Shown here one piece after another: positions 20,463 through 30,827 of a DNA stretch of 64,000 nucleotides; position 1 is the stretch's first letter, and every line of letters begins with the position of its first letter. The position numbers were made by a program, and so were the translations under genes. The stretch is from Candidatus Multivoradales bacterium. Lineage in GTDB: Bacteria > Acidobacteriota > Thermoanaerobaculia > Multivoradales > JAHEKO01. The notes under the pieces were generated by a model, which did no database searches, was not told where the DNA came from, and saw nothing but the letters and a program-made list of their open reading frames with translations. The stretch lies in assembly GCA_965223155.1 (NCBI GenBank), contig CBDCVR010000013.1:192001-256000 (forward strand). The letters are read 5' to 3'.

Positions 20463-20542
20463 GCGAGCCTCGGGCCTGGGGCTCGCGAGCACGCACGGAT
20501 ACCAACCAAGTGATGGGGGATCGCTAAGTGGGTACGAACGGA

Positions 20543-20821
20543 ATGACCAAGGCCGAGCTGGTCGAGGAGGTCGCCAGGACGGCGCAGCTCACCAAGAAGC
20601 ACGCCGAGTTGATCGTCAACACGGTCTTCGAGAGCATCGTCACGTCGCTCAAGGATGGTGACAAGATCGAGCTCAGGGGATTCGGAAGTTTCCGGATTCG
20701 GAATCGCGGTCCCAGGATTGGCCGGAACCCCAAGACCGGGGCCCAGGTGCACGTACCCTCCAAGCGGATTCCGTATTTCAAGCCCGGCAAAGAGCTGAAG
20801 GATCTACTCAACGAAGACTAG
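20543..20821 (+). CDS. ihfB: Integration host factor beta / HU-family protein
   Basis: MTKAELVEEV, IELRGFGSF, GRNPKTG, PYFKPGKELK; follows rpsA. Confidence 0.9.
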   Translation: MTKAELVEEVARTAQLTKKHAELIVNTVFESIVTSLKDGDKIELRGFGSFRIRNRGPRIGRNPKTGAQVHVPSKRIPYFKPGKELKDLLNED

Positions 20822-20866
20822 GGAGTTTCCGGCCGGTAGGCGTGGTCGCGCCGCAAGCCGGCAGGG

Positions 20867-21313
20867 ATGGGAACTCCGGTCCTCTTCATCGATCTTGTGG
20901 CCGATTCCGAAGTGACAGCCCCCGAGGCTCCGCTGCAGAAGGTCGAGACCGGGCACTTGGTCCGGTCCGTCCTCCTGGCCTGGTTGGTGCCGGGATTCGG
21001 GCACCTGGCTCTGGGCAAGAAGACCCGAGCCGTGGTGTTCTCGGTCCTCATCTTCGCCTCCATCGGGATCGGTTTGAGCCTCGACGGCAATCTGCATCGG
21101 ATCGTTCCCGACCGGCCGCTCACCATCCTGGCAACCTTGGCTTCCATGGGCTCGGGGCTGCCGTACTTCCTGCTGCGCTATATCCTTGGGTACGCGGGGG
21201 AGCTGACCGCTCCCGGCTACGAGTACGGGTCGGCGTTTCTGCTGACCGCGGGCCTGATGAACCTCCTCCTTGTGCTGGACTGCTGGGATATCGCCCTGGG
21301 ACGGAAGGACTGA
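20867..21313 (+). CDS. Membrane protein (DUF6677-like)
   Basis: LAWLVPGFGH, EYGSAFLLTAGLMNLL; hydrophobic helices. Confidence 0.75.
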   Translation: MGTPVLFIDLVADSEVTAPEAPLQKVETGHLVRSVLLAWLVPGFGHLALGKKTRAVVFSVLIFASIGIGLSLDGNLHRIVPDRPLTILATLASMGSGLPYFLLRYILGYAGELTAPGYEYGSAFLLTAGLMNLLLVLDCWDIALGRKD

Positions 21314-21317
21314 CTCG

Positions 21318-21509
21318 GTGCCGGTCAACCACGTCCTGCTCATGACCCTCTACGCGGTGATCGTGAGCCTGTTTTTTGCCTTTCTTTGGCGCCGGGAGAC
21401 CCGAGGCCGGGTTAGGCTCTTCAGCCAGTTGATGCTCGGCCTCCTGGGCGGCGGTATCCTGCTCTCGTGGCTGATGTACTTCTTTCCGTTCGGCCCGCCG
21501 GGAAGTTAG
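21318..21509 (+). CDS. Small two-helix membrane protein
   Basis: GTG start 5 nt after previous stop; HVLLMTLYAVIVSLFFAFL...LLSWLMYFFP. Confidence 0.65.
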   Translation: MPVNHVLLMTLYAVIVSLFFAFLWRRETRGRVRLFSQLMLGLLGGGILLSWLMYFFPFGPPGS

Positions 21510-21648
21510 CCGGGGCCTTTGCCGCTGGTGCCTGTCCGGCCGTTGAGCTCGTAGGGCTCTTCATGGCAAGGGACCTGGCAATGCCCACCGCCCGCGCCAA
21601 GGACGAGAGCGGCTTTGTCCCGGCGCGGCGCGCGCCGTGGGGATGTCG

Positions 21649-22842
21649 ATGAGCGCGCGCAAGATCCTGGTCGTCGCCGGTGAGGCGTCTGGGGATCTCC
21701 ATGCTGCACGCCTGGTGGCGGCCCTCAAGCGCCTGTCTCCGGAGCCGCTGGAGTTCTTCGGTCTGGGGGCCGGCGGTCTTGCTCGCGAAGGCGTCAGGAT
21801 CATCGACGACGTAGCCAGCATCTCGGTCGTGGGGCTGACCGAGGTGCTGAAGGTCTATCCACGCGCGCGGAGCATGTTCCGTCGCGTCATCGCTCGGGCC
21901 CGGGTGGAACGGCCGGACCTGGCGGTGCTGGTGGACTTCCCGGAGTTCAACATGCGGCTTCTGCCCAAGCTCGACGGCCTCGGGATCCCGGTGGTGTACT
22001 TCATCAGCCCCCAGGTCTGGGCCTGGCGGCAAGGCCGGGTCGAGACGTTGGTCCGGCACGCGCGCAAGATGCTCGTCCTGTTCCGATTCGAGGAGCGCTT
22101 CTATTCGCAGCGGATGGACGCCGTTCACGTCGGCCATCCTTTGGTGGAAGAGGTGCCCAAGCTGGCGCAGGCGTGGGATCGAATTGAGGATTGCGGCGTG
22201 CAACCCGGGGAGCCCACGCGGGTGGCGCTTCTGCCAGGGTCGCGGCGGAGCGAGGTGCGGCGGTTGCTCGAGGTCCAGCTCGGCGCGGTCGATCGGTTGC
22301 GGGACCGGTTCGAGGTCGAGGAAACCCTGGTCGTGGCCCCGACATTGGCCGACAAGGTCTACGAGGAGGCGTTCCCGGGAGCGGCCGAGCGGCTGCGATC
22401 GGTCGCTCGGGTCCGGGGCGAGGATCGGTTCCAGGCGATCGCGCGATCGCATGTGGCGATCTGCGCTTCGGGGACGGCCACTCTGGAGGTAGGATTGCTG
22501 CGCACGCCGATGGTGGTCGTGTACCGCTTCGGTCCAGCGACCCACTTGCTCGGCCGCCTACTCGTGCGCATTCCCCATGTCAGCTTGGTCAATCTGGTGA
22601 TGGCAAGACGGATCGTTCCGGAGTTGCTCCAAGGCGGGTGCACCGCGCCAGCGGTCGCCGCCGAGGTGGCGTCGATCGTGACCGACTCCGAGCGGCGCGG
22701 ACACATGATCGAGTCCCTGGATGGCCTGCGCGCCGAGCTGGGGGAGGCGGGCGCCAGCGAGCGGGCTGCGCGCGAGATTTTGTCGCTTCTGGCCGAAGCG
22801 CAGGCGGGAAGGTCCGTGCAGGCCGCGGGAGGGGCTCAATGA
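21649..22842 (+). CDS. lpxB: Lipid-A-disaccharide synthase
   Basis: AGEASGDLH, DFPEFN, SPQVWAWR, LLPGSR, SGTATLE. Confidence 0.95.
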   Translation: MSARKILVVAGEASGDLHAARLVAALKRLSPEPLEFFGLGAGGLAREGVRIIDDVASISVVGLTEVLKVYPRARSMFRRVIARARVERPDLAVLVDFPEFNMRLLPKLDGLGIPVVYFISPQVWAWRQGRVETLVRHARKMLVLFRFEERFYSQRMDAVHVGHPLVEEVPKLAQAWDRIEDCGVQPGEPTRVALLPGSRRSEVRRLLEVQLGAVDRLRDRFEVEETLVVAPTLADKVYEEAFPGAAERLRSVARVRGEDRFQAIARSHVAICASGTATLEVGLLRTPMVVVYRFGPATHLLGRLLVRIPHVSLVNLVMARRIVPELLQGGCTAPAVAAEVASIVTDSERRGHMIESLDGLRAELGEAGASERAAREILSLLAEAQAGRSVQAAGGAQ

Positions 22843-24677
22843 CCGTCTACGGCTTTCTGGCCCGCCACTTCGTGCGCTACTGGCCGTTTCTGCTGATCGC
22901 GCTTTTTCTCTCCGGAGTCTTCGCGCTATCGACCGGAGGCCTGGTGGCAGTCATCGAGCCGGTATTCGACGAAGTGCTACTGGCCGGAAAGGGGGACCTA
23001 GCCGCCGGTGGCGCCGAGGCAGTGACGACCGTAACCGAATCCGGGAGTGCGATCGACGGGGTGCTGAAATCGGGCTACGAACGGCTGAAGGGCGCCTTCG
23101 GGGTGACGCCGCGCACAGTCGTCTACTTCGTGCCCCTCCTGGTCGTGGGCATCTTTCTCATCCGAAGCGCCGCGGCGTTCTTGAGTAGCTACGCGCTTCA
23201 GCACATCGGTCTCGGGGTCACGACCGACATCCGCAACCGGGTCTACCGCCGCATTCTGGACCAGTCGAGCCGGTTTCACGCTCTCCACCCTTCGGGCGAG
23301 CTCACCAGCCGGATCGTAAACGACGTGAGCTTGATCCAGGTCGCGGTCTCGACGCGGGTCAAGGATCTCGTGCAGCAATCGTTGACGCTGGTGGTGCTGG
23401 CGGTTCTGCTCTTCACCAAAGACCCCAAGCTGGCGCTCTTCTGCCTGGTTCTGTTGCCGGCCGTGCTCTATCCGATCGTTCGCTTCGGCCAGGGCATGCG
23501 GCGCACCAGCCACAAGAGCCAGGAGCGCATGGCCGATCTCGCGAATCTGGTGGGCGAGGGCGCACGCGGCCACCGCGTGGTCAAGGCCTTCGGCATGGAG
23601 GACTTCGAGTACGGGCGGTTTCATACCTCCACCCGGCGTCACCTCCGAGTGAACCTGTGGGCGAGCGCCCTGGATGCCCTGTCCAGCCCGGTGATCGAGA
23701 CCGTTAGCGTTTTCGGCATGTGCGGGCTCCTGATCTACGCGGGCATCCAGATTCGGGACTCCGCCATGACCTCCGCCGGCTTCATTGCCTTTCTGGTGAA
23801 CCTGGTCTGGATGTACGAGCCGATCCGTAAGTTGAACCGAGTCAATCTGGTCATTCAGCAATCGCTGGCCGCCGCCCGGCGGGTCAAGCACCTCTTGGAG
23901 CTGCCCATCGAGATCGCCAACCGGCCCAACGCCCAGGCGATCAGCACGGTGGACGCCGACATCGTCTTCGAGAACGTGTCGTTCGCCTACACCGAGCAAG
24001 TGGTTCTGCGCGGGGTGCAGCTCCGCATTCACCAAGGAGAGGTTGTTGCCTTGGTCGGGCCCTCGGGAGCGGGCAAGAGCACCCTGGTCAACCTGCTGCC
24101 CAGATTCTTCGATCCCGACTCGGGCTGCGTTCGGATCGACGGCATCGACATCCGCGATTTCACCTTGGACAGCCTGCGCGCCCTCATCGGTCTGGTGACC
24201 CAGGACACGGTGCTCTTCAACGACACCATCCGCAACAACATCGCCTATGGCCAGGCGGACGTGGCCATGGAGCGCATTCGGGAGTCCGCGGCGGCCGCCT
24301 ACGCCGACGAGTTCATCATGCGCTTGCCGCAGGGATACGACACCGTTATCGGCGAGTCCGGGCTGCATCTCTCGGGCGGCCAGCGCCAGCGCCTGGCGAT
24401 CGCGAGGGCGCTGCTCAAGGACGCGCCGATCCTGATCCTGGACGAGGCGACCTCTCAGCTAGATGCCGAATCCGAGGCGGTCGTCCAGAAGGCGCTCACC
24501 AATCTGATGGAAGGCCGGACGACCCTGGTGATCGCCCACCGGCTGGCGACCGTGCAGATCGCGGACCGGATTGTGGTGCTCGAGGCAGGGCGTGTGATCG
24601 AGGAGGGCGGGCACCAGGAGCTGATGGCCGGCAACGGCACCTACAAGCGCCTCTACGATCTCCAGTTTCAGGAATGA
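22839..24677 (+). CDS. msbA: Lipid A export ABC transporter
   Basis: TM domain plus GPSGAGKS, LSGGQRQR, ILDEATS; ATGA overlap with lpxB. Confidence 0.88.
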   Translation: MTVYGFLARHFVRYWPFLLIALFLSGVFALSTGGLVAVIEPVFDEVLLAGKGDLAAGGAEAVTTVTESGSAIDGVLKSGYERLKGAFGVTPRTVVYFVPLLVVGIFLIRSAAAFLSSYALQHIGLGVTTDIRNRVYRRILDQSSRFHALHPSGELTSRIVNDVSLIQVAVSTRVKDLVQQSLTLVVLAVLLFTKDPKLALFCLVLLPAVLYPIVRFGQGMRRTSHKSQERMADLANLVGEGARGHRVVKAFGMEDFEYGRFHTSTRRHLRVNLWASALDALSSPVIETVSVFGMCGLLIYAGIQIRDSAMTSAGFIAFLVNLVWMYEPIRKLNRVNLVIQQSLAAARRVKHLLELPIEIANRPNAQAISTVDADIVFENVSFAYTEQVVLRGVQLRIHQGEVVALVGPSGAGKSTLVNLLPRFFDPDSGCVRIDGIDIRDFTLDSLRALIGLVTQDTVLFNDTIRNNIAYGQADVAMERIRESAAAAYADEFIMRLPQGYDTVIGESGLHLSGGQRQRLAIARALLKDAPILILDEATSQLDAESEAVVQKALTNLMEGRTTLVIAHRLATVQIADRIVVLEAGRVIEEGGHQELMAGNGTYKRLYDLQFQE

Positions 24678-24728
24678 TCGAATCCGGCGCCGGGCCGGCC
24701 CCGGAGACTCGAGGGTGGGAGGACGAGC

Positions 24729-25610
24729 ATGCGTAGCATGACCGGCTACGGCGAAGGTACGGCCGCCTGCGAACGGCTCGAAGTGACCGCGACCCTCCGG
24801 ACCGTGAACCATCGGTTTCGCGACGTCGCGGTGAAGATGCCCGAGGACTTCCGCGCCCTGGAGCCCAAGGTCGCCGAAGCCATCGCGGCCGGCGTGCACC
24901 GGGGGCGGGTCGAGGCGCGGATCGAGGTGCGCGCCCTGGTCGAGCCCGAAGTGCGCGTCGACGTCCGGCGGGAGGTGGCCAGGTCGTACCTGGCCGCGGC
25001 CGGGGAGCTCGGCCGTGAGCTGGAGGCACCGGGACGGATGGGGGTAGTGGACCTGCTCCGGCTGCCGGAAGTCACCAGGATCGAGGTCGGTGCGGAGGCC
25101 GCGGACGAAGAAGTTGCTCGGGCATTTGGCGAGGCCGTGGAGCAGGCGGTCCTTACGCTCAACCAAACTCGTGCCGCCGAGGGCCAGCGCATGATTGAGT
25201 CGATTCGGGGAATCGTGGCGGAGCTCGAGTCGGTCGTGGCCGCCGTCGTCACGGACTCGGTGCGGGCCCGGGAGGGGATGGAGGTTCGTCTGCGCGAGCG
25301 GCTGGCCGAGCTCCTCGAGGAGCCCTCCGCGGTGGGCGAGGATCGTCTGGCCCAGGAAGTGGCGATTCTGGTGGACAAGGCGGATGTGCGCGAAGAGGTC
25401 GAGCGACTGCAAGCCCACCTCGAAGGCACTCTCGACGCGGTCACTGGCGACGGCCCTCACGGTAAGCGGCTGGATTTTCTGGTGCAGGAGCTGCTGCGCG
25501 AGTTGAACACGATCGGATCCAAGTGCCGGGACGCGGCCGTCGCGAAGCTGGTGATCGAGGGCAAGCTCCTGACCGAGCAACTGCGCGAACAGGCCCAGAA
25601 CGTGGAGTGA
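24729..25610 (+). CDS. yicC: YicC/YloC-family endoribonuclease
   Basis: MRSMTGYG, VNHRF, GKRLDFLVQELLRELNTIGSK, EQLREQAQNVE. Confidence 0.93.
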   Translation: MRSMTGYGEGTAACERLEVTATLRTVNHRFRDVAVKMPEDFRALEPKVAEAIAAGVHRGRVEARIEVRALVEPEVRVDVRREVARSYLAAAGELGRELEAPGRMGVVDLLRLPEVTRIEVGAEAADEEVARAFGEAVEQAVLTLNQTRAAEGQRMIESIRGIVAELESVVAAVVTDSVRAREGMEVRLRERLAELLEEPSAVGEDRLAQEVAILVDKADVREEVERLQAHLEGTLDAVTGDGPHGKRLDFLVQELLRELNTIGSKCRDAAVAKLVIEGKLLTEQLREQAQNVE

Positions 25611-25615
25611 GCGCG

Positions 25616-26260
25616 ATGACCGCCCCGGGAACCCTGCTCATCATCTCGGCGCCCTCGGGAGCCGGTAAGACGACGCTCATCCGGGAGGCCATGGCCTCGA
25701 CCGGTACGGCGCTGCCGGGAATCGAGTTCTCGGTAAGCCACACCACGCGGCCCCGGCGTCCGGGAGAGGTGGACGGTCGCGACTATCACTTCGTCGATGA
25801 GCCCACGTTTCGGGCCATGATCGAGCGGGACGCCTTTCTGGAGTGGGCGGAGGTCTACGGGCAGCTCAAGGGAACGTCCACGGCAGCCGTGCTACCGAAG
25901 CTGGAGCGAGGAATCGACGTGATTCTGGACATCGACGTCCAGGGCGCGCGGCAAGTGCTGGATCGGTATCCGGAGGCTATCGGAGTGTTGATTTTGCCGC
26001 CCAGCTTCGTCGAGCTGGAGCGCCGTCTGGAGGCTCGAGGAGCCGACGATGCCGAGCAGGTTCGGCGCCGGCTGGAGCTCTCCCTGGCCCAGATCGAGCG
26101 TTATGAACTCTATCGATATGCTATATTCAATGAGGACTTAGAGCGTGCGAAGGAGACCTTGCGCGCCATCCTGATCGCCATTAGACATCGCCGGGAGAGG
26201 CAGCACGATCGGCTCGAGTCGATTCTCGAAGATTTTCGTGTCTCCCTGGACAAGGAGTAG
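25616..26260 (+). CDS. gmk: Guanylate kinase
   Basis: SAPSGAGKTT, SVSHTTRPRRPGEVDGRDYHFV, LDIDVQGA. Confidence 0.96.
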   Translation: MTAPGTLLIISAPSGAGKTTLIREAMASTGTALPGIEFSVSHTTRPRRPGEVDGRDYHFVDEPTFRAMIERDAFLEWAEVYGQLKGTSTAAVLPKLERGIDVILDIDVQGARQVLDRYPEAIGVLILPPSFVELERRLEARGADDAEQVRRRLELSLAQIERYELYRYAIFNEDLERAKETLRAILIAIRHRRERQHDRLESILEDFRVSLDKE

Positions 26261-26262
26261 TC

Positions 26263-26508
26263 GTGCGAAACTATCCCGACAAGATTGATAGCAAGTTCCG
26301 CTTCGTGCTGCTGTCGGCGGCTCGCGCCGAGCAGATGATGCAGGGCGGACGGCCGAAACCCGAGATCGCGGCGCAGCTCGAAGGCCGCAAGTTGAGCCGA
26401 ATCGCCATGGACGAGGTCGCCGGCGACCTGATCACCTGGGACTACGGTCCCGCGCCCGAGCCCGAGGTCGAAGCGGAAGGCGACGAAGCGGCCGGCGACG
26501 AGAGCTGA
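26263..26508 (+). CDS. rpoZ: RNA polymerase omega subunit
   Basis: IDSKFRFVLLSAARAEQM; gmk-rpoZ-coaBC synteny. Confidence 0.88.
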   Translation: MRNYPDKIDSKFRFVLLSAARAEQMMQGGRPKPEIAAQLEGRKLSRIAMDEVAGDLITWDYGPAPEPEVEAEGDEAAGDES

Positions 26509-26554
26509 AACGCCGCCTAGAGGCGTTCCACGGCGAATTCCGGCAAGGGCACAC

Positions 26555-27802
26555 ATGGCGTCGCCGCCCCGAATTCTTCTCGGAGTAACCGGCGGCATCG
26601 CGGCCTGCAAGGCGCCCTTCGTGGTGCGCGCGCTCACTGAGCGGGGCTGCGAGGTGCGCTGCGCCCTGACCCGGGCCGGAGGGTCGTTTGTGGCTCCGCT
26701 GGCGCTGGAGGTACTCTCCGGGGCGGCGCTCTTCGATGCGAGCTATCTGGCCCCGGGCACTGCGGGCCGGGAGCTCCACATCGACGCGGCCCGCTGGGCG
26801 GACGTCGTGTGCGTGGCGCCGGCGACGGCGAACTTCCTGGGAAAGCTGGCACGCGGGCTCGCCGACGACTTCCTGTCAACCATGCTGCTGGCGTTCGAGG
26901 GGCCGGTGCTGGTCGCGCCTGCCATGCACGAGACGATGTGGCGCCAGGAGTCGGTCCAAGGCAATCTGGCGACACTGGAGACCCGCGGCGTCCAGACGAT
27001 CGGTCCCGAAACCGGCCGCCTGGCGTCGGGAGAGTGGGGTGTCGGGCGGATGAGTGAGCCGGAGACGATCGCCGCGGCCGTGCTCGAGCGCTTCGCCGAC
27101 GCTCGGCGGCTGGCCGGCAAGCGAGTTCTGGTCTCGGCAGGCCCGACCCGAGAGGCGCTCGACCCGGTGCGCTTCCTGTCGAATCCCTCCTCGGGGCGGA
27201 TGGGCTTTGCCATGGCGGCGGCTTGCGCCGAGTTGGGAGCCGACGTCACTGTGGTCGCCGGACCGACCGAATTGCCGGTGCGTGGCCGGGTGCGCCGGAT
27301 CGACGTGGTGACCGCCGCCGAGATGGGGGAGGCCATGGCGCGCGAGTCGGCCGGGGTGGATTGCATCATCATGGCCGCCGCCGTGGCGGACTACCGGCCG
27401 CGAGCGGTGGCGGTGCAAAAGATCAAGAAGACCGACGCCGGGCTCGAAATCCAACTCGAGCGCACCGAGGACATCCTGTCCGGTCTTCGCGATCTGGCCC
27501 CGGAGGCGGTTCTGGTGGGCTTCGCCGCCGAGACCGAAGCGCTACTGCAGCGAGCCCGGGAGAAGCTCGAACGAAAGCGCCTGGACTTCATCGTTGCCAA
27601 CGACGTGGCGCGTTCGGACAGCGGTTTCGCGAGCTCGGAGAATGAGGTGACGCTATTGGCTCGCGACGGCGAGTCGGTGGCCTGGCCCAAGATGGACAAG
27701 CGGGTGCTGGCCCGGCTTCTGGTCCGGCAAGTCGCCGAGCGGGTCGCGGATTCGGCACCGGCTACCGAGGAAGGAGGGGACGTTGTCCGACTCCCTGGCT
27801 GA
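26555..27802 (+). CDS. coaBC: Phosphopantothenoylcysteine decarboxylase/ligase
   Basis: GVTGGIAA, APATAN, APAMH, AGPTREALDPVRFLSNPSSGRMG, GFAAET. Confidence 0.95.
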   Translation: MASPPRILLGVTGGIAACKAPFVVRALTERGCEVRCALTRAGGSFVAPLALEVLSGAALFDASYLAPGTAGRELHIDAARWADVVCVAPATANFLGKLARGLADDFLSTMLLAFEGPVLVAPAMHETMWRQESVQGNLATLETRGVQTIGPETGRLASGEWGVGRMSEPETIAAAVLERFADARRLAGKRVLVSAGPTREALDPVRFLSNPSSGRMGFAMAAACAELGADVTVVAGPTELPVRGRVRRIDVVTAAEMGEAMARESAGVDCIIMAAAVADYRPRAVAVQKIKKTDAGLEIQLERTEDILSGLRDLAPEAVLVGFAAETEALLQRAREKLERKRLDFIVANDVARSDSGFASSENEVTLLARDGESVAWPKMDKRVLARLLVRQVAERVADSAPATEEGGDVVRLPG

Positions 27803-28487
27803 CGCGCTGGCCTACCTCCGAGACCTGGGTTTCGAGGAGGTGCGTGCGGCGGCGGTCGGTACGCAGTCCTCCGGAAGCGGACCGACAGACGACCCCGCGA
27901 TGGCCGAGGACGCCGCCGAGCGCGAACGGACTCTGGCCCAGGTCGCAGAAGAAGCGGACCGGTGCGAAGCCTGCCGGCTGGCGTCCGGCCGGCAGAACGT
28001 CGTCTTCGGATCGGGCAATCCGAACGCCGATCTCATGTTCATCGGCGAGGGTCCGGGCGCGGCCGAGGACCGGCAGGGACTGCCCTTCGTGGGGCCGGCG
28101 GGGGAGCTTCTGACCAAGATCATCCAAGCCATTGATCTCGACCGGCAGGACGTCTACATCGCCAACGTGGTCAAGTGCCGGCCGCCGGGGAATCGGGACC
28201 CGCAGCCCGACGAGTCGGCCGCTTGCCGTACGTTTCTGGACCGCCAAGTCGCCCTGATCCGTCCGAAGCTGATCGTTGCCTTGGGCCGCGTGGCGGCCCA
28301 GAACCTCCTCGAGACCGGCTCGCCCCTGGGCCGGCTGCGGGGCAGCTGGCACGAGTTCTCGGGGGTGCCGCTGCGGGCCACGTACCATCCCGCCGCGCTG
28401 CTTCGGAACGTGTCCTTCAAGCGTCCGACCTGGGAGGACATGCAGGTCGTGCGCGACCGCCTGGCCGAGCTCACCGCCGGGGGCTGA
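27783..28487 (+). CDS. Family-4 uracil-DNA glycosylase
   Basis: CEACRL, IGEGPG, PFVG, NVVKCRPPGNR, TYHPAALL. Confidence 0.93.
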   Translation: MSDSLADALAYLRDLGFEEVRAAAVGTQSSGSGPTDDPAMAEDAAERERTLAQVAEEADRCEACRLASGRQNVVFGSGNPNADLMFIGEGPGAAEDRQGLPFVGPAGELLTKIIQAIDLDRQDVYIANVVKCRPPGNRDPQPDESAACRTFLDRQVALIRPKLIVALGRVAAQNLLETGSPLGRLRGSWHEFSGVPLRATYHPAALLRNVSFKRPTWEDMQVVRDRLAELTAGG

Positions 28488-28531
28488 GCGGCCTTCTTCG
28501 CCAAGCCCAGACTGGTACTATTCGACGATCC

Positions 28532-29542
28532 ATGTCCGCCGAACCGCAGACACTCCCGGCGTCCGACCGGCCGAACGCCATGGCTCGAGATGCGCGCACG
28601 GAAGCGCCGGTCGACGTCAGCGTGCTGGTCCCTGTGCTCAATGAAGAGGGCTCGGTACTCGAGTTGGCGGAACGGGTGGCGCGGGTGCTCGAGGACCTGG
28701 GCCGGACCTACGAGATCGTGTTTATCGACGATGGGTCCGTGGATCGAACCGTGGCTCGGGTGCGAGACGCCCATGCCGCCAACCGGCGCGTGCGGCTAGT
28801 GCGTCTGCGCGGCAATTTCGGCAAGGCGGCGGCTATCTCGGCGGGCGTGGAAGCGTCCCGCGGAGCGATTCTGATCACCATGGATGGCGACCTTCAGGAC
28901 GTACCGGAGGAGATCCCCAACTTCCTGCACAAGCTCGAGGACGAGGAGCTGGACCTGGTCTCGGGCTGGAAGCGTGATCGTAAGGATCCGGTCTCGAAGC
29001 GCTGGCCTTCGAAGCTCTTCAATTGGGCGACCCGCAAGATGGCCGGCGTCGACTTGAACGACTTCAACTGCGGGTTCAAGGCCTACCGCCGCGAGGTGCT
29101 GGACCAAATCGCCCTCTACGGCGAGCTGCATCGCTACATTCCGGTGCTCGCGAGCCGCCGAGGCTTCCGCATCGGGGAGCTGCCCGTCAAGCACCACCCG
29201 CGCCGCCACGGTGTCAGCAAGTACGGCTGGGATCGGTTCTACAAGGGCTTGCTGGATCTCATCACCGTGCTTTTCATCACCAAGTACACGCGCCGTCCGC
29301 TGCATCTGTTCGGGGCCTTCGGTTTGATCGCGCTGGTGACCGGCTTCGCGATCAATTTCTACCTGCTGCTTCAGTGGTGGCTGAACGACGAGTACCTCTC
29401 CCAGCGGCCTCTTCTTCTGCTGGGAGTGCTGCTGATGCTTCTCGGAATTCAGGTACTGACGACAGGGCTGATCGGCGAGATGATCACCTTCAAGAATTTC
29501 GATCGTTCGGACTCCTATTCGGTCAAGGAAACCCTGGGTTGA
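28532..29542 (+). CDS. GT2 polyprenol-phosphate glycosyltransferase (ArnC-like)
   Basis: VPVLNEE, IDDGSVD, NFGK, MDGDLQD, DFNCGFKAYR, C-terminal TM helices. Confidence 0.9.
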   Translation: MSAEPQTLPASDRPNAMARDARTEAPVDVSVLVPVLNEEGSVLELAERVARVLEDLGRTYEIVFIDDGSVDRTVARVRDAHAANRRVRLVRLRGNFGKAAAISAGVEASRGAILITMDGDLQDVPEEIPNFLHKLEDEELDLVSGWKRDRKDPVSKRWPSKLFNWATRKMAGVDLNDFNCGFKAYRREVLDQIALYGELHRYIPVLASRRGFRIGELPVKHHPRRHGVSKYGWDRFYKGLLDLITVLFITKYTRRPLHLFGAFGLIALVTGFAINFYLLLQWWLNDEYLSQRPLLLLGVLLMLLGIQVLTTGLIGEMITFKNFDRSDSYSVKETLG

Positions 29543-30798
29543 ACGGACCGCTCGAGGTCCTGTTCCTCACCCAGACCTTTCCCCGCTTTCCCGACGACAC
29601 CGCCGGCCCATTCATTCGCGACCTGGCGCGGGGCCTGGTTCGGCGGGGTGACGCGGTGACCGTGCTGACGCCGCACGCCGAGGACGTGCCCGAGCGTTGG
29701 CAAGTCGATGGCGTGGAGGTCCAGAGCTTCCGCTACGCTCCCGAACGACTCGAGGTGATCGGCTACGGCCGGAGCTTGGATCGCGACGAGTCGATTCGGC
29801 CGGCTGCGGCGCTGGCGACCCCGCTCTTCGTCGCGGGGGCGCGGCGGGCGCTGCGGCGGGCGCTCCGGAGCCGGCGGTTCGATCTGGTGCACGCACACTG
29901 GGTGGTTCCCAACGTCCTGGTGGCGGCGCCGGTCGTGGGCGGCGTCCCGCTCGGCGTGGGGCTCCACGGCAGCGACGTCTTCCAGGCCGAGCGCCCGGTC
30001 CTGCGGACTCTGACCCGGCGCGCTCTGGGTGGCGCCGCATTTCTGACCGGCTGTTCGCCCGAGCTCGTGGACCGGGTATGCGCGCTGGGGTTCCCGCGCG
30101 AGCTGGCGGCGGTGATTCCGTACGGGGTGGACGTCGAGATCTTCGCTCCAGCCGGTGCCGATGAGGCGAAGCGGCACCGGGCGGCGGCCTGGCGCCAGGA
30201 GCTGGGCGTGCCCGAGGACGCTCCGATGATCTTGAGCGTCGGCCGGATGGTCTCGAAGAAGGGGTACGACGTTCTTCTGGAGGCCCTCCCTGAGATCCTG
30301 TCGGCGCTGCCCGAGGCGCATGTGGTGCTGGCCGGCGCCGGGGATCTTCTGGAGCCGCTGCGGCGGCAGGGTACCGAGTTCTCGGGCCGCCTTCACTTGC
30401 CCGGAATCGTCTTGCGGGACCGGTTGCCGGATCTCTACCGGGCGGCGGATTGTTTCGTCCTGCCCGCGGTTCATGACGACCGCGGCAACGTCGATGGGTT
30501 GCCCAACGTGATCCTCGAGGCGATGGCGTCAGGACTGCCGGTGGTGGCCTCCGAGATCTCTGGGATACCGCTGGCGGTGATCGACGGGATCAACGGCCGG
30601 CTGGTTCCGGAGCGCGAGCCGAAGGCGCTGTCGGTGGCGCTCGCCGAGGTCGCGGCGGAGCCGGATCGCGTGCGGCGCATGGGCGAGGCGGCTCGGAAGC
30701 GTGCTGCGGCCGAGCTGACCTGGGACGTGGTGGCCGGCCGCTACCGGGAGGCGTATGTGGCCGGCTTGGATCGGGCCGCTAGCCGTTCGGCGCGCTAA
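29539..30798 (+). CDS. GT4 glycosyltransferase
   Basis: HAHW, HGSD, SVGRMVSKKG, DGLPNVILEAMASG; TTG start overlapping the GT2 stop. Confidence 0.88.
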   Translation: MNGPLEVLFLTQTFPRFPDDTAGPFIRDLARGLVRRGDAVTVLTPHAEDVPERWQVDGVEVQSFRYAPERLEVIGYGRSLDRDESIRPAAALATPLFVAGARRALRRALRSRRFDLVHAHWVVPNVLVAAPVVGGVPLGVGLHGSDVFQAERPVLRTLTRRALGGAAFLTGCSPELVDRVCALGFPRELAAVIPYGVDVEIFAPAGADEAKRHRAAAWRQELGVPEDAPMILSVGRMVSKKGYDVLLEALPEILSALPEAHVVLAGAGDLLEPLRRQGTEFSGRLHLPGIVLRDRLPDLYRAADCFVLPAVHDDRGNVDGLPNVILEAMASGLPVVASEISGIPLAVIDGINGRLVPEREPKALSVALAEVAAEPDRVRRMGEAARKRAAAELTWDVVAGRYREAYVAGLDRAASRSAR

Positions 30799-30827
30799 CC
30801 GTTTGGGCCAGTTTGACTAGCTCGAGG

